A stretch of DNA of 64,000 bases from Vulcanimicrobiales bacterium (GCA_038215615.1 JBBQQR010000002.1:64001-128000), one strand, 5' to 3'; numbered from the stretch's first letter, positions 9,059 through 19,040 are shown. Program-made: numbers and translations. The notes: generated from the letters alone by a model not told the origin.

Positions 9059-10174
9059 TTAGCCGGCGGTTTTGCGCTGCTGCGCGTCGAGAGCGGTGAT
9101 CTCACGCGTGGCGAGTTCGACCGGCACGAGCTCGGGAAGTTCGGCGTCCGGCAGCGATGCGAGCTCGCGGATCTTGCGACCCTGTGGAAGTACCCGGCTC
9201 TCCATCGATCCGACCGCGCTGTTATAAGCGCCGACCGCTTTTTCTAGGCTCGATCCGATCGACGCGATATGCCCGGCGAATGCACGCACACGATCGTAGA
9301 GCACCCGCGCGGCTTCGGCGATTTTCTTGGCGTTCTCTTCCTGCTGACGGTGTTGCCAACCAAGCGCGTACGAACGAAGCAGACCGATCATCGTCAGCGG
9401 GCTTGCGATGTAGACGTCTTTGCCGGCGCCGTATTCGATCAGATCGGGATTCTCCGTGCAAGCCGCGCTCAAAAACGCTTCGCCCGGCACGAACATCACG
9501 ACGAAATCCGCCGAGCGTTCGGCGCGCTGGTAGTTGCGGCGAGCCAGCTGATCGACGTGGTTCTTGAAAGCGGCCGCGTGCGCGCGGAAACGCTCGCGCC
9601 GTCCCGCTTCGTCGGGAAGTTCGACGGCCTCGAGAAAAGCGTTGAGCGGAACTTTCGCATCCACAAAAATACGCGAGTTTCCGGGAAGCTGCACCGTTAA
9701 GTCGGGCCGTCCGCGATCTTCACCGGTCTGCAGCGTCTGCTGCTCTCCAAAATCGCAGTAGGCTTCCATCCCCGCGAGTTCGACCACGCGGCGCAGTTGG
9801 ATCTCGCCCCATTTTCCGCGGGTCGTCGGGTTGCGTAACGCGGCGGAAAGCTGCGTCGCCGCCGTCTCCATTTTGCCGCTGCGATCGATTAGACCGGATA
9901 TTTGCTCGCGCAGGCCTTCATACGCTCCGGAACGCTTTTCTTCCATCTCGCGCACGAGCGCGTCGAACTCGGTGAGTTTTTGCTGCACGGGCGATACGAT
10001 GGCTGCAAACTTCTCGTTGGCTAGCGTCAGAAACGAGTCACGCTGCATCTCGGCGACGCGTGCGTTGGCTTCGTGCAGTTCGGCTTTGAGCCGCCCCGCC
10101 GCAAACCACATAATCGCCGCACCCGCAGCGACGCCGCCGAACAGTGCGAAGAGGACGGCGAACGAGATCGTCAC
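9059..10174 (-). CDS. rmuC: DNA recombination protein RmuC
   Basis: N-terminal TM, coiled coil, RGKWGE.QL, RPD..V.LP, VDAKVPL, DFVVMFVPGE. Confidence 0.92.
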   Translation of the reverse strand: MTISFAVLFALFGGVAAGAAIMWFAAGRLKAELHEANARVAEMQRDSFLTLANEKFAAIVSPVQQKLTEFDALVREMEEKRSGAYEGLREQISGLIDRSGKMETAATQLSAALRNPTTRGKWGEIQLRRVVELAGMEAYCDFGEQQTLQTGEDRGRPDLTVQLPGNSRIFVDAKVPLNAFLEAVELPDEAGRRERFRAHAAAFKNHVDQLARRNYQRAERSADFVVMFVPGEAFLSAACTENPDLIEYGAGKDVYIASPLTMIGLLRSYALGWQHRQQEENAKKIAEAARVLYDRVRAFAGHIASIGSSLEKAVGAYNSAVGSMESRVLPQGRKIRELASLPDAELPELVPVELATREITALDAQQRKTAG

Positions 10175-10190
10175 CCTGGAACGATTCGCG

Positions 10191-11045
10191 CTACGCTGTT
10201 AAATACTTTGTGAAAAAGGCCGACGCGCGGCGCCAGCTGCCTTCGGCAGCATCTGCCACATACGAAGCTCGCTGGTCATCGAAAAACGCGTGCCCTGCGT
10301 CGTCGTAGATAACGATGTCATTGGGAACGTGCAAGCCTTTTTCGAAAGCATGCACGCTGTCGGCCGGGATGCTCGTGTCACGACCTCCGTAGCTTCCCAG
10401 CACCGGCATCGTAACCGCGGCGGGATCGACTCCCGCGGGATTGCCATACCACGCGCTCGCGGCGGCAAAAATGTCGGGGTTATCGATCGTTTGGCGAAGG
10501 GCGATCGCGCCGCCCATGCAAAACCCCGCGACTGCAAGGCGCGCACGTTTCTGACGCGCCTTCAACCACTGCGCTCCCGAACGGAGATCGCTCGCCACTT
10601 GCGGACGATCGAGTTTTTGCGCGAACGGTCTGAAGACCGAGAAATCATTCGCGCCGTCGCCGGCCGGCGCGCCGAGCCGTCCGTATAAGTCGGGCCCGAT
10701 CGCGGCCAAGCCGGCTTTCGCGAGCCGCCGTATAAAATCGCGGATGGACGTGTCCACTCCCCAGATGTGCATCGAGACGACGATGCCCGGAGAGGTTGCG
10801 GTCGCGTTGCGAGGCACTGCCGCGTACGCCGTAATCGCGCCGGCGGGGCTCTCCAGCCGGACGTGCTCGACCCAAATGTTTGGATCGTCTTCCGAAACGA
10901 GCGGGGGATGCGGCTTTCCGAGTTCGGTCTGGGCAAACGCGGTTCCCAGCGCCGCCGTGCCGGCTGCGGTTGCAACCGCAGCGCCGAGGAACGTCGATCG
11001 CGGGTAATTCGGATCGGTCGAACGCATGGGATCGATATCGTGCAC
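10191..11045 (-). CDS. Dienelactone hydrolase family protein, probably exported
   Basis: GFCMGG nucleophile elbow, HIWG, AGHAF; Tat-like leader PRSTFL followed by a hydrophobic stretch. Confidence 0.88.
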   Translation of the reverse strand: MHDIDPMRSTDPNYPRSTFLGAAVATAAGTAALGTAFAQTELGKPHPPLVSEDDPNIWVEHVRLESPAGAITAYAAVPRNATATSPGIVVSMHIWGVDTSIRDFIRRLAKAGLAAIGPDLYGRLGAPAGDGANDFSVFRPFAQKLDRPQVASDLRSGAQWLKARQKRARLAVAGFCMGGAIALRQTIDNPDIFAAASAWYGNPAGVDPAAVTMPVLGSYGGRDTSIPADSVHAFEKGLHVPNDIVIYDDAGHAFFDDQRASYVADAAEGSWRRASAFFTKYLTA

Positions 11046-11080
11046 GGCGTACTCCTAGCTCAAGCCAGAAAGGTGAGTTC

Positions 11081-11764
11081 ATGAATCGCGCTTCGTTCCT
11101 TTCCACCTCGGTAGCCGCTGCCGCTATCGTCCCGGGCGGTTCCGCTCTCGTCGAACGCCGCGCCGACTTCGACGAGGCCGGATTCGTTCGCGCCATCAAC
11201 CGTCCGGCAGACGTGCGGCAGGTGTGGGAAGCCGTGTCATTCCACCCGGCGGTTCTTAACAACGTCAAGAACGGCCTCAACGGACTGCAGTTTGGATTCG
11301 GCTATCCCGCTGATCGCCTCGCGATGGCGTTCGCGCCGCACGGACCGTCGAGCGCTTATAACTATAGCGACGAGATTTGGCAGCGGTACAAGATCGGGGA
11401 AGCGCTCGGATTGAGGGACGCCGCGGGTAATACGGTCACGAGCAACACGTTCCTCGCGCCGACGCAAGCGTTCGTCAACACGCCCGATCCGGAAGATCCG
11501 TTCGGCTTCTATCAGGACACGTCGATCGTTACGCTGCAAGATCGCGGCGTGGTCTTCTTGACGTGTCACACGGCGGTTGAAGAACAGGCCCGTACGATCG
11601 TCAAGAAGGGCTTCGCGCCTGACGGCATGACTCCGGAAGCCGTTGCCGACGACATCCTCACGCATTTGGTTCAAGGAACGCACGTAGTGCCGGCAATGAT
11701 CGCGGCTATTGCGGTGCTGCAGCAACGCTATCACTACAGCTACGTCACGATGACGTTCGCATGA
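11081..11764 (+). CDS. DsrE/DsrF-like sulfur-relay-fold protein with Tat-like leader
   Basis: SD GAAAGGTG then MNRASFL; RGVVFLTCHTA (single Cys) and VPAMIAAIAVLQQRYHYSY resemble the DsrE family; ATGA overlap with the cytochrome gene. Confidence 0.55.
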   Translation: MNRASFLSTSVAAAAIVPGGSALVERRADFDEAGFVRAINRPADVRQVWEAVSFHPAVLNNVKNGLNGLQFGFGYPADRLAMAFAPHGPSSAYNYSDEIWQRYKIGEALGLRDAAGNTVTSNTFLAPTQAFVNTPDPEDPFGFYQDTSIVTLQDRGVVFLTCHTAVEEQARTIVKKGFAPDGMTPEAVADDILTHLVQGTHVVPAMIAAIAVLQQRYHYSYVTMTFA

Positions 11765-12540
11765 AAAAACTCGCGCTGTTCTTCACGGTTTGCGTGTTGG
11801 CCGCGTGCGCGGGGCAGCCGCCGGCACAAGCGCCAGTCTACGACGAGAAAACTCTTCCGGCCGGCGCTTCCGGCGATGTGATCCGCTACGGCCGCGAATT
11901 GATCGTCAACACACGCGCGCACATGCACGGCTACGTCGTCGCGAACTTAGATTGCGCGGCCTGTCACATCGCGGGCGGAACGAAACCCAAAGGCGGCAGC
12001 TTCGCCGGCATCTACGGGCAATTTCCGCAGTGGAACGCGCGCGCGCACCGCACGATCGCGCTGCAAGACCGGCTCGCGGAGTGCTTTCTTTACAGCATGA
12101 ACGGCAAGCCGCCGTCATACAACAGCCGCGAAATGATCGCGCTGGTTGCGTACATCGCCTACTTGTCGCGCGGAACGCCCGTCGGCGCAACGCCCGATCC
12201 GTCGGTAAGGTTAACGAAGTTCGCGCCGCCGCAGCCGGCGAGCGCGCAGCGCGGAGCGTCGCTGTACGCGCAGAAGTGCTCGGCCTGTCATGGGGCAAGC
12301 GGCGCCGGCTCGGCGGCTCCGCCTCTCTGGGGCCCGACGTCGTTCAACGGCGGGGCGGGCATGCACCGGCTTTGGACCATGGCTGCGTTCGTGCGGTATA
12401 ACATGCCTGGGGACGCGCCCGGCTCGCTCACGCCTCAGGAGGCGTACGACGTCTCGGCCTTCGTCCTGGGCCACGCGCGGCCCAAGTTCCAGGGGGCCCG
12501 CCCGGTCGGGTTTCCGGTCCGTCCGGCCAAGTATTTCTGA
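11761..12540 (+). CDS. tsdA: Diheme cytochrome c lipoprotein, TsdA (thiosulfate dehydrogenase)-like
   Basis: Lipobox LAAC; CAACH and CSACH heme motifs; DRLAECFLYSMNG, PPLWGPTSFNGGAGMHR and NMP match the TsdA pattern. Confidence 0.75.
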   Translation: MKKLALFFTVCVLAACAGQPPAQAPVYDEKTLPAGASGDVIRYGRELIVNTRAHMHGYVVANLDCAACHIAGGTKPKGGSFAGIYGQFPQWNARAHRTIALQDRLAECFLYSMNGKPPSYNSREMIALVAYIAYLSRGTPVGATPDPSVRLTKFAPPQPASAQRGASLYAQKCSACHGASGAGSAAPPLWGPTSFNGGAGMHRLWTMAAFVRYNMPGDAPGSLTPQEAYDVSAFVLGHARPKFQGARPVGFPVRPAKYF

Positions 12541-12627
12541 AAGGTGCGACCGCGCAGGTTGCATCCGATAGCCAAAACGGGGCAATCTTGGGAAGGGCCC
12601 TTATAGTGGTAGACGGAGACAACATTC

Positions 12628-15600
12628 TTGCCTGACACCCTGGTGCGGATCGTTTTGCCCGAGATGGGCGAGTCGGTGACCGAAGGTTCGGTCGTCGCCT
12701 GGCGTAAGCAGCCCGGCGACTTTATCGCTGAAGGCGATCCCCTCGTTGAGATCACGACCGACAAAGTCGACGTCGAAGTTCCGTCGACGGTTTCGGGCGT
12801 CGTGAAGCAGCTGCTTGTCGCCGAAGGCGATACGGTAGCCGTCGGCGCGGCGCTTGCCGAAATCGATACGACCGCCAAGGCGCCCGGCGCGGCGAAAGCT
12901 CCGGCGCCGGTTGCCGCAAAAAGTGCGCCGCCCAAACCGCCGGCATCCGCCCCGTCGTCTCCGCAGGCAAAGCCCAACGGCGCCGTCGTTGCAACTCCGC
13001 AAGCCAAACGTTTCGCGCGGCAACTCGATGTCGATCTCGCGCGCGTGCATGGAAGTGGACCCGGCGGATTGATTCTGCGCGAAGACGTCGACCGTCAAGC
13101 CGAAATTTTGCCGCCGGCAAGCCGCGGCGCTCAGCTGCCGCCGTTGCCGCCGCTGCCCGCGAACGCGCAAGTCACGCCGATAAAAGGTCCGGCGGCCGCG
13201 CTGGCTTCCTACATGGAGCAGAGCCTATCGATTCCGACCGCGACAAGCTTCCGCACGATCGCCGTCGATACGCTCGACGCGCGCCGGCGCGACCTCAACG
13301 CGGGCATAAAAGCCGCCGGCCGCTCGGAGAAAATTTCATTTACGCATGTGATTGCGTACGCGCTCGTGCGCGCGGCGCACGAGATGCCGTTCATAACCGC
13401 GCACTTCCGCCGCGACGGAAACCAGCCCGTACGCGTGGAGCCCGGCGTCCATTTAGGTTTGGCCGTCGACGCGGAAAGAAAAGACGGATCGCGTTTTCTG
13501 GTCGTGCCGGTCATCAAAGATGCGTCGTCTCTTGATTTCGCCGCTTTCCGTAACGCCTACGAAGATCTTGTGGCGAAAGCGCGGGCTAACAAGCTCGCGG
13601 CCGACGATCTGCAAGGCGCATCTTTCACGCTAACCAATCCGGGCGGGATCGGAACCGCTGCTTCGGTGCCGCGCCTGATGCCCGGCCAAGGCGCGATCAT
13701 CGCAGCGGGCGCGATTGGCTATCCGCCAGGTTTTGCCAAAGCGAACGAAGCGTCGCTCAAGTCGCTCGGAATGACCAAGATCATGCAGATGACGTCGACG
13801 TACGATCACCGGGTGATCCAAGGCGCACAGTCGGGGGATTACCTCAAACGTATCGACGAGCTGCTCCAAGGCAAAGACGGATTTTATGAAACGCTCTTTG
13901 CGTCGCTCGGCTTGCAGATGAGCGACTTTCTTGAGGGCCGCAGTCCTGAGCGAGCGTTCAGCGAGTCGAAGGGGGCATCGGACGAGATGTTGCGCGCGGT
14001 GGCGGCCGGCATGGCGCTGGTCGCGGCATACCGCACGCACGGACATCTTGCAGCGCATTTGGATCCGCTCGGATCTCCCCCGCCGGGCGATCCGTCGCTC
14101 GAACCGGCGAACTGGGGACTCACGCCGGCGCTGCAATCGGCCGTTCCCGCGTCGGTGCTGCGCGTCAAAGTTCCGGGAAATACGCTGGCCGACGTGCTGC
14201 CGCAGCTGCGCGAGACGTACAGCTCCACGATTGCTTACGAAGTCGAGCACATCTCGAACACCGAGCAGCGCGAATGGCTGCGCGATGCGATCGAGTCGGG
14301 GCGCTACAAGATCACATTCTCCGACGATCGCAAAATCGATCTGCTGCGCCGTCTGACACGCGTCGAGAGTTTCGAGCGCTATCTGCGCAAAACGTTCTTG
14401 GGGCAAAAGACTTTTTCGCTCGAAGGTCTCGACGCGATGGTTCCGATGCTCGAAGAGTTGTTGGCGCTGATCGCCGCCGACGGGACGCAGGCCGCGGTCA
14501 TTGGCATGGCTCACCGCGGTAGGCTCAATACCATCGCGCATATTTTAAACCGGCCATACGAAGAGATCCTGACCGAATTCGAAGCTGCGCACGAACGTGG
14601 CGAGCTCGGTTCGGCCGACGTGACGGGCGACGTGAAGTATCACCAGGGCGCCGAAGGCGTTTTTGAAACGCCCGACGGTAAGAAAGTTCGCGTCACGCTT
14701 TCCAACAATCCAAGCCATCTCGAAGCGGTCGATCCTATCGTGGAAGGAACCGCGCGCGCGCTTCAAACCGATCACTCGTTACCGGTCGCGCAATTGGATG
14801 CGAAGAAGGCAGTGCCGATTCTGATACATGGCGATGCCGCGTTCCCGGGTCAAGGCGTCGTTGCCGAGGTTCTAAATCTGCAGTCGCTCACCGGATATTC
14901 GACCGGCGGCACGGTGCACATTATCTCCAACAACCAGATCGGATTTACAACCGATCCGCGCGATGCGCGATCCACGCGCTATGCCTCGGATTTGGCTAAG
15001 GGTTTCGACGTGCCGATCGTGCACGTCAATGCCGACGACCTCAGCGCCTGCATGTGGGCAGTCCATTTGGCCGCCGAATTCCGGCGCCGCTTCGGGCGCG
15101 ACGTGCTGATCGACGTCATCGGGTATCGCCGCTTCGGCCATAACGAACAGGACGAGCCGGCGTACACGCAGCCGGCGATGACCGAGAAAATCAAAGCGCA
15201 TCCGACCGCGCGCGATCTTTTTGCCAACAACCTTGTGGCGCAAGGCGTCCTTGCGGCCGAGCGCGTTGCCGAGCTCGCGGCCGATGCGGCCGCTCATCTG
15301 CAAGAAACGCACCGCACGGTCAAGAGCGGAAAACATAACGTCGCCGGAATGCTCGCGAAGATCAGCGGAACGGCGCCGATTGAGGCGGTTCCGCTCGTCG
15401 CGGCGGGCAAGGATCGTTTGCTTGCGTGGACCCAGGAACTCACGCGCGTGCCGGACGGTTTTTCCGCGAACAAGAAGTTGCAGGCGCAGTTCGAGCGGCG
15501 TCAATCGACAATCGCACAAAAAGGTCTGGTTGATTGGGGAATGGCCGAGGCGCTCGCGTTTGCCTCGCTGCTAACGCAAGGTACGCCGGTGCGCTTAACG

Positions 15601-16557
15601 GGTCAGGATACCGAGCGCGGTACCTTCAGCCACCGCCATGCGGTTTTGCACGATCCCGCTGCGCGCGCCGAATACGTGCCGCTGCAGCACGTTCCCGGAT
15701 CGAAAGCGTCGTTTGAAATTTACGACAGCCCGCTATCAGAATACGCGTGTCTCGGCTTTGAATATGGCTACAGCGCCACGGTTCCCAAAGCGCTGGTGCT
15801 ATGGGAAGCGCAGTTCGGAGACTTCAATAACGGCGCGCAGATCGTGATCGATCAATTTATTGCCGCCGGACAAGCGAAGTGGGGCCAGACCGCGCGGCTC
15901 ACGCTGCTGCTGCCGCACGGTTACGAAGGCATGGGTCCCGAACATTCCAGCGCGCGGCTCGAGCGGTTCTTGCAATTGACCGCCGAGGGAAATCTGCGCG
16001 TCGCGAATCCGTCTAACGCCGCAAATTACTATCATTTGCTGCGCCAACAAGCGACGATGCCGCAGCCGGTCCCTCTCATCGTGATGACGCCGAAGTCGCT
16101 GCTGCGCCACGCGGCTGCGGCCGGCGGCCTCGACGAGATGGCCAACGGCGAGTTTCGGCCGGTGCTCGACGACCCGCGCGTTGAGGACAAATCCACGATC
16201 GAGCGTCTGCTCTTGTGCAGCGGAAAAATCTACTACGATCTGAGGCTTCATGAGAAATATAAAGATCTCAAGAAAACGGCGATCGTGCGCATCGAGTTGC
16301 TCTCACCGCTGCCTTACACGGATATCAACTCGATCATCGCGACCTATCCGAATCTCAGGAAGCTGGTCTGGGTTCAGGAAGAGCCGAAGAACATGGGCGC
16401 ACGCGCCTATGTGCGCCGCCGCTTGATCGAACGTCGTAACGACAACCTCGAGATCGACTACATCGGCCGTCCTTACCGTGCCAGCCCTTCCGAAGGCTAT
16501 CCCGGCGCGCACGCGGCCGCGCAAGAGCGCATCATTACGGAAGCGCTGACCGAGTGA
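12628..16557 (+). CDS. Multifunctional 2-oxoglutarate dehydrogenase: lipoyl domain + subunit-binding domain + E2o succinyltransferase + E1o in one polypeptide
   Basis: TTG start after GGAG; lipoyl ITTDKVDVEVPS; PSBD ATPQAKRFARQLDVDL...GSGPGG.I...DV; E2 TYDHRVIQG; E1 GMAHRGRLN, HGDAAFPGQG, LLLPHGYEG.GPEHSS. Confidence 0.93.
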   Translation: MPDTLVRIVLPEMGESVTEGSVVAWRKQPGDFIAEGDPLVEITTDKVDVEVPSTVSGVVKQLLVAEGDTVAVGAALAEIDTTAKAPGAAKAPAPVAAKSAPPKPPASAPSSPQAKPNGAVVATPQAKRFARQLDVDLARVHGSGPGGLILREDVDRQAEILPPASRGAQLPPLPPLPANAQVTPIKGPAAALASYMEQSLSIPTATSFRTIAVDTLDARRRDLNAGIKAAGRSEKISFTHVIAYALVRAAHEMPFITAHFRRDGNQPVRVEPGVHLGLAVDAERKDGSRFLVVPVIKDASSLDFAAFRNAYEDLVAKARANKLAADDLQGASFTLTNPGGIGTAASVPRLMPGQGAIIAAGAIGYPPGFAKANEASLKSLGMTKIMQMTSTYDHRVIQGAQSGDYLKRIDELLQGKDGFYETLFASLGLQMSDFLEGRSPERAFSESKGASDEMLRAVAAGMALVAAYRTHGHLAAHLDPLGSPPPGDPSLEPANWGLTPALQSAVPASVLRVKVPGNTLADVLPQLRETYSSTIAYEVEHISNTEQREWLRDAIESGRYKITFSDDRKIDLLRRLTRVESFERYLRKTFLGQKTFSLEGLDAMVPMLEELLALIAADGTQAAVIGMAHRGRLNTIAHILNRPYEEILTEFEAAHERGELGSADVTGDVKYHQGAEGVFETPDGKKVRVTLSNNPSHLEAVDPIVEGTARALQTDHSLPVAQLDAKKAVPILIHGDAAFPGQGVVAEVLNLQSLTGYSTGGTVHIISNNQIGFTTDPRDARSTRYASDLAKGFDVPIVHVNADDLSACMWAVHLAAEFRRRFGRDVLIDVIGYRRFGHNEQDEPAYTQPAMTEKIKAHPTARDLFANNLVAQGVLAAERVAELAADAAAHLQETHRTVKSGKHNVAGMLAKISGTAPIEAVPLVAAGKDRLLAWTQELTRVPDGFSANKKLQAQFERRQSTIAQKGLVDWGMAEALAFASLLTQGTPVRLTGQDTERGTFSHRHAVLHDPAARAEYVPLQHVPGSKASFEIYDSPLSEYACLGFEYGYSATVPKALVLWEAQFGDFNNGAQIVIDQFIAAGQAKWGQTARLTLLLPHGYEGMGPEHSSARLERFLQLTAEGNLRVANPSNAANYYHLLRQQATMPQPVPLIVMTPKSLLRHAAAAGGLDEMANGEFRPVLDDPRVEDKSTIERLLLCSGKIYYDLRLHEKYKDLKKTAIVRIELLSPLPYTDINSIIATYPNLRKLVWVQEEPKNMGARAYVRRRLIERRNDNLEIDYIGRPYRASPSEGYPGAHAAAQERIITEALTE

Positions 16558-16597
16558 CGGCTTCGCCGTCGAGCAAGGGCTAAGGTTATAGCCAGGA

Positions 16598-16972
16598 ATG
16601 CCTGAGCGGTACGAGCGCGGCGAAAAGTTGCTGCGCAAGATCGATGGCGACAAAGTTGCGGATAACTTAATCGCGGATTATGAGAAGTTAGCGCCGGATT
16701 TTGCACGGTACCTCGTCGAATTCGCGTTTGGAGAAATTTATGCGCGCGAAGGTGACGTAAGACAAAGGGAACTCGTGGCGATCGCTTCGCTCGCGACCAT
16801 GGGCGGCTGCGATAAGCAGCTCGGAACGCATGTGCGCGGGGCTTTCAATGTCGGTCTTACCGAGGCCGAAGTCGTCGAAGCCGTGATGACCCTCATACCG
16901 TACATCGGCTTTCCGAAGGCGCTCAACGCGCTGGCGGTTGTTAAAAAAATCGTCGATAAGCGCGCGACGTAG
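16598..16972 (+). CDS. Carboxymuconolactone decarboxylase (CMD) family protein
   Basis: EFAFGEIYAR, RELVAIA, QL..H..GA.NVG, YIGFPKALNA. Confidence 0.88.
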   Translation: MPERYERGEKLLRKIDGDKVADNLIADYEKLAPDFARYLVEFAFGEIYAREGDVRQRELVAIASLATMGGCDKQLGTHVRGAFNVGLTEAEVVEAVMTLIPYIGFPKALNALAVVKKIVDKRAT

Positions 16973-17009
16973 AGATCTTCGATAGATCTTAACAACGGCT
17001 TGATAGAGT
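16973..17009 (+). promoter_or_regulatory. Putative OmpR-type tandem binding site and extended -10 element of the hydrolase/TCS operon
   Basis: AGATCTT at 16973-16979 and 16984-16990 (11-bp period); TGA-TAGAGT with the -10 at 17004-17009, 6 nt before ATG 17016. Confidence 0.5.
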
Positions 17010-17015
17010 CGGGCG

Positions 17016-18323
17016 ATGAAGATATGGATTGGGCTCGTCCTTCTCTGCGCTCTTGCCTTCGCTCGGCAGCGGGTTTCAGCCGCGCGCAACGCCGATGTGG
17101 CACAGTTCGTAACGGCGTTCAATACCGGAACGGCTGCCGCGATCGACGCTTACGTGCACGCGCACGTTCTGCCCGCGCCTCCCGGCGCGCACGCGCCCGA
17201 CGCGGCGCAATCGCTACGGCAGCTGCGGCAAGCAATCGGGACTATCATCCCGATAACCGCAAATGAACTTCCGCGCCGGATCGTGGCCACGGTTCGCGCA
17301 CAGAGCGGCGGGTGGTACCGCGTAAACTTCGTTCGCGCTCCGCAAGCCACTCCGCACCGCTTCGCGCGAATCGTGACCGACCTGGGTCTCCCGCCGAAGT
17401 CTTCAGGGCAGAGCACAGAACAGTATCTGTCGGCTCTTTCGTCGGCGGGATATTTCTCCGGCGTCGTGCTGAGCGCTACAACGAACGCTCCGCCGCTTGT
17501 CACGGCCGTTGGATTCGCGAACCGGGCTGGGGGCGCACAAAACACCGCGGATACCCTCTTCAACATCGGTTCGATCGGAAAGTTATTCACGACGGCTGCG
17601 GTCTATCAACTCATCGAGCAAGGTGTTTTGCACAAAACCGACACCATTGGAAAGTGGCTTCCGGATTATCCGAATGTGGAAGCCCGCGCAGCGACGATCG
17701 ATCAGCTGCTGTCCATGCGCTCGGGAATCGGCGATTTCTTTAATGCGCGATTCTTTCACGGATCGCCAGAACGCATTCGCACGCTCCAAGATTACGTGCC
17801 GTTCTTTGCCGCCGAACCGCTCGCGTTCAAGCCTGGAACGAGCCAGATGTATTCCAACGGCGGATTCCTCGTCTTAGGACTCATCATCGAAAAAGCGAGC
17901 GGTCAAGACTTTTATTCTTACGTCAAGGTGCACATATTCGACCCGGCCGGGATGACGAGCACGTCGTATCCGGCGATCGATCAGGTGCTTCCAAATCGGG
18001 CGCTCGGTTACACGCGCCAGTGGAGCGAACTGGTAACATATCGCACCGAACTACGCCCGGCGGTGCAGGGCGAGCCGGGGCGCGGGAGTTCGGCGGGCGG
18101 CGCATTTTCAACCGCCGGCGATCTCTATAAATTTTCACAAGCGCTGCAAAACGGATCGCTCGTGAAGGGCCGGTACGAATGGAACGGCCCGGGAAATTTC
18201 TATGCGGGCGGAACTCCCGGCTGGAACGCCGCGCTGGATATCGAAAAAGGATCGACAACCATCGTGCTGGCCAATCTCGATCCGCCCGCAGCGGAAAACC
18301 TTGTAGAAAACCTTCAGCCGTAA
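17016..18323 (+). CDS. Secreted serine hydrolase, beta-lactamase/AmpC-like family
   Basis: Signal peptide, FNIGSIGK (SxxK), YSN, IFDPAGM. Confidence 0.88.
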   Translation: MKIWIGLVLLCALAFARQRVSAARNADVAQFVTAFNTGTAAAIDAYVHAHVLPAPPGAHAPDAAQSLRQLRQAIGTIIPITANELPRRIVATVRAQSGGWYRVNFVRAPQATPHRFARIVTDLGLPPKSSGQSTEQYLSALSSAGYFSGVVLSATTNAPPLVTAVGFANRAGGAQNTADTLFNIGSIGKLFTTAAVYQLIEQGVLHKTDTIGKWLPDYPNVEARAATIDQLLSMRSGIGDFFNARFFHGSPERIRTLQDYVPFFAAEPLAFKPGTSQMYSNGGFLVLGLIIEKASGQDFYSYVKVHIFDPAGMTSTSYPAIDQVLPNRALGYTRQWSELVTYRTELRPAVQGEPGRGSSAGGAFSTAGDLYKFSQALQNGSLVKGRYEWNGPGNFYAGGTPGWNAALDIEKGSTTIVLANLDPPAAENLVENLQP

Positions 18324-18350
18324 CTCCAGGAGGCCCTCGATCCTTTCGCA

Positions 18351-19040
18351 ATGTTGAATCGCCGTTCGCGTGTTCTGATCGTCGAGGATGATGTGAAGAC
18401 GTCGGAAACGGTTGCGCTCTACCTGCGTTCAGCGGGTTACGATGTGGCGCAATCGTTCGACGGCGAGGCGGCGTTGGAGAAGGCACAGGCCTGGGAGCCC
18501 GACCTCGTCGTGCTCGATCTCATGCTGCCCAAAGTGAGCGGACTTGATGTTTGTGCAAGATTGCGCGTCGGCGGCGACGTGCCGGTCATTATGTTGACGG
18601 CCAGAACCACCGAAACGGATCGCCTGCGCGGACTTGAATCGGGAGCGGACGACTACGTCAGCAAACCGTTTAGTCCGCGAGAGCTGGTGGCGCGGGTGAA
18701 GGCGGTCATGCGCCGCCGCACCTCTGTCGCGCACGAGCGCGTGAGCTTCGGCGAGGTCGAGATTGACGCCGGAGCTCGCGACGCACGCGTGAACGGCGCG
18801 CCGCTGTCACTGACGCCAACTGAATTCGGCCTGCTGTTCGCGCTGTGCCGCCAGCCGAAAATCGTGCGAACGCGCGACGACCTCATTGCTGAGGTTATCG
18901 GTTTCGATTACGAGGGTACCGAACGAACGATCGACGTGCACGTTCGCAACTTGCGTCGGAAAATCGGCGACGCCGGCGGCCGCCGCACGCACATCCGTGC
19001 CGTGTTCGGCGCAGGGTACAAGATCGATTCCGATGCGTAG
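18351..19040 (+). CDS. OmpR/PhoB family response regulator
   Basis: VEDD, LDLMLP, KPF, wHTH RTIDVHVRNLRRK, VFGAGY. Confidence 0.95.
   Translation: MLNRRSRVLIVEDDVKTSETVALYLRSAGYDVAQSFDGEAALEKAQAWEPDLVVLDLMLPKVSGLDVCARLRVGGDVPVIMLTARTTETDRLRGLESGADDYVSKPFSPRELVARVKAVMRRRTSVAHERVSFGEVEIDAGARDARVNGAPLSLTPTEFGLLFALCRQPKIVRTRDDLIAEVIGFDYEGTERTIDVHVRNLRRKIGDAGGRRTHIRAVFGAGYKIDSDA

Noticed and set aside
9059..10174. RmuC as a marker of a mobile or defence island
   Set aside because: It is a common chromosomal gene; no integrase, transposase or att-like repeats are nearby
17016..18323. Bona fide beta-lactam resistance gene
   Set aside because: The SxxK/YxN fold is shared with esterases and D-peptidases; substrate cannot be inferred from sequence
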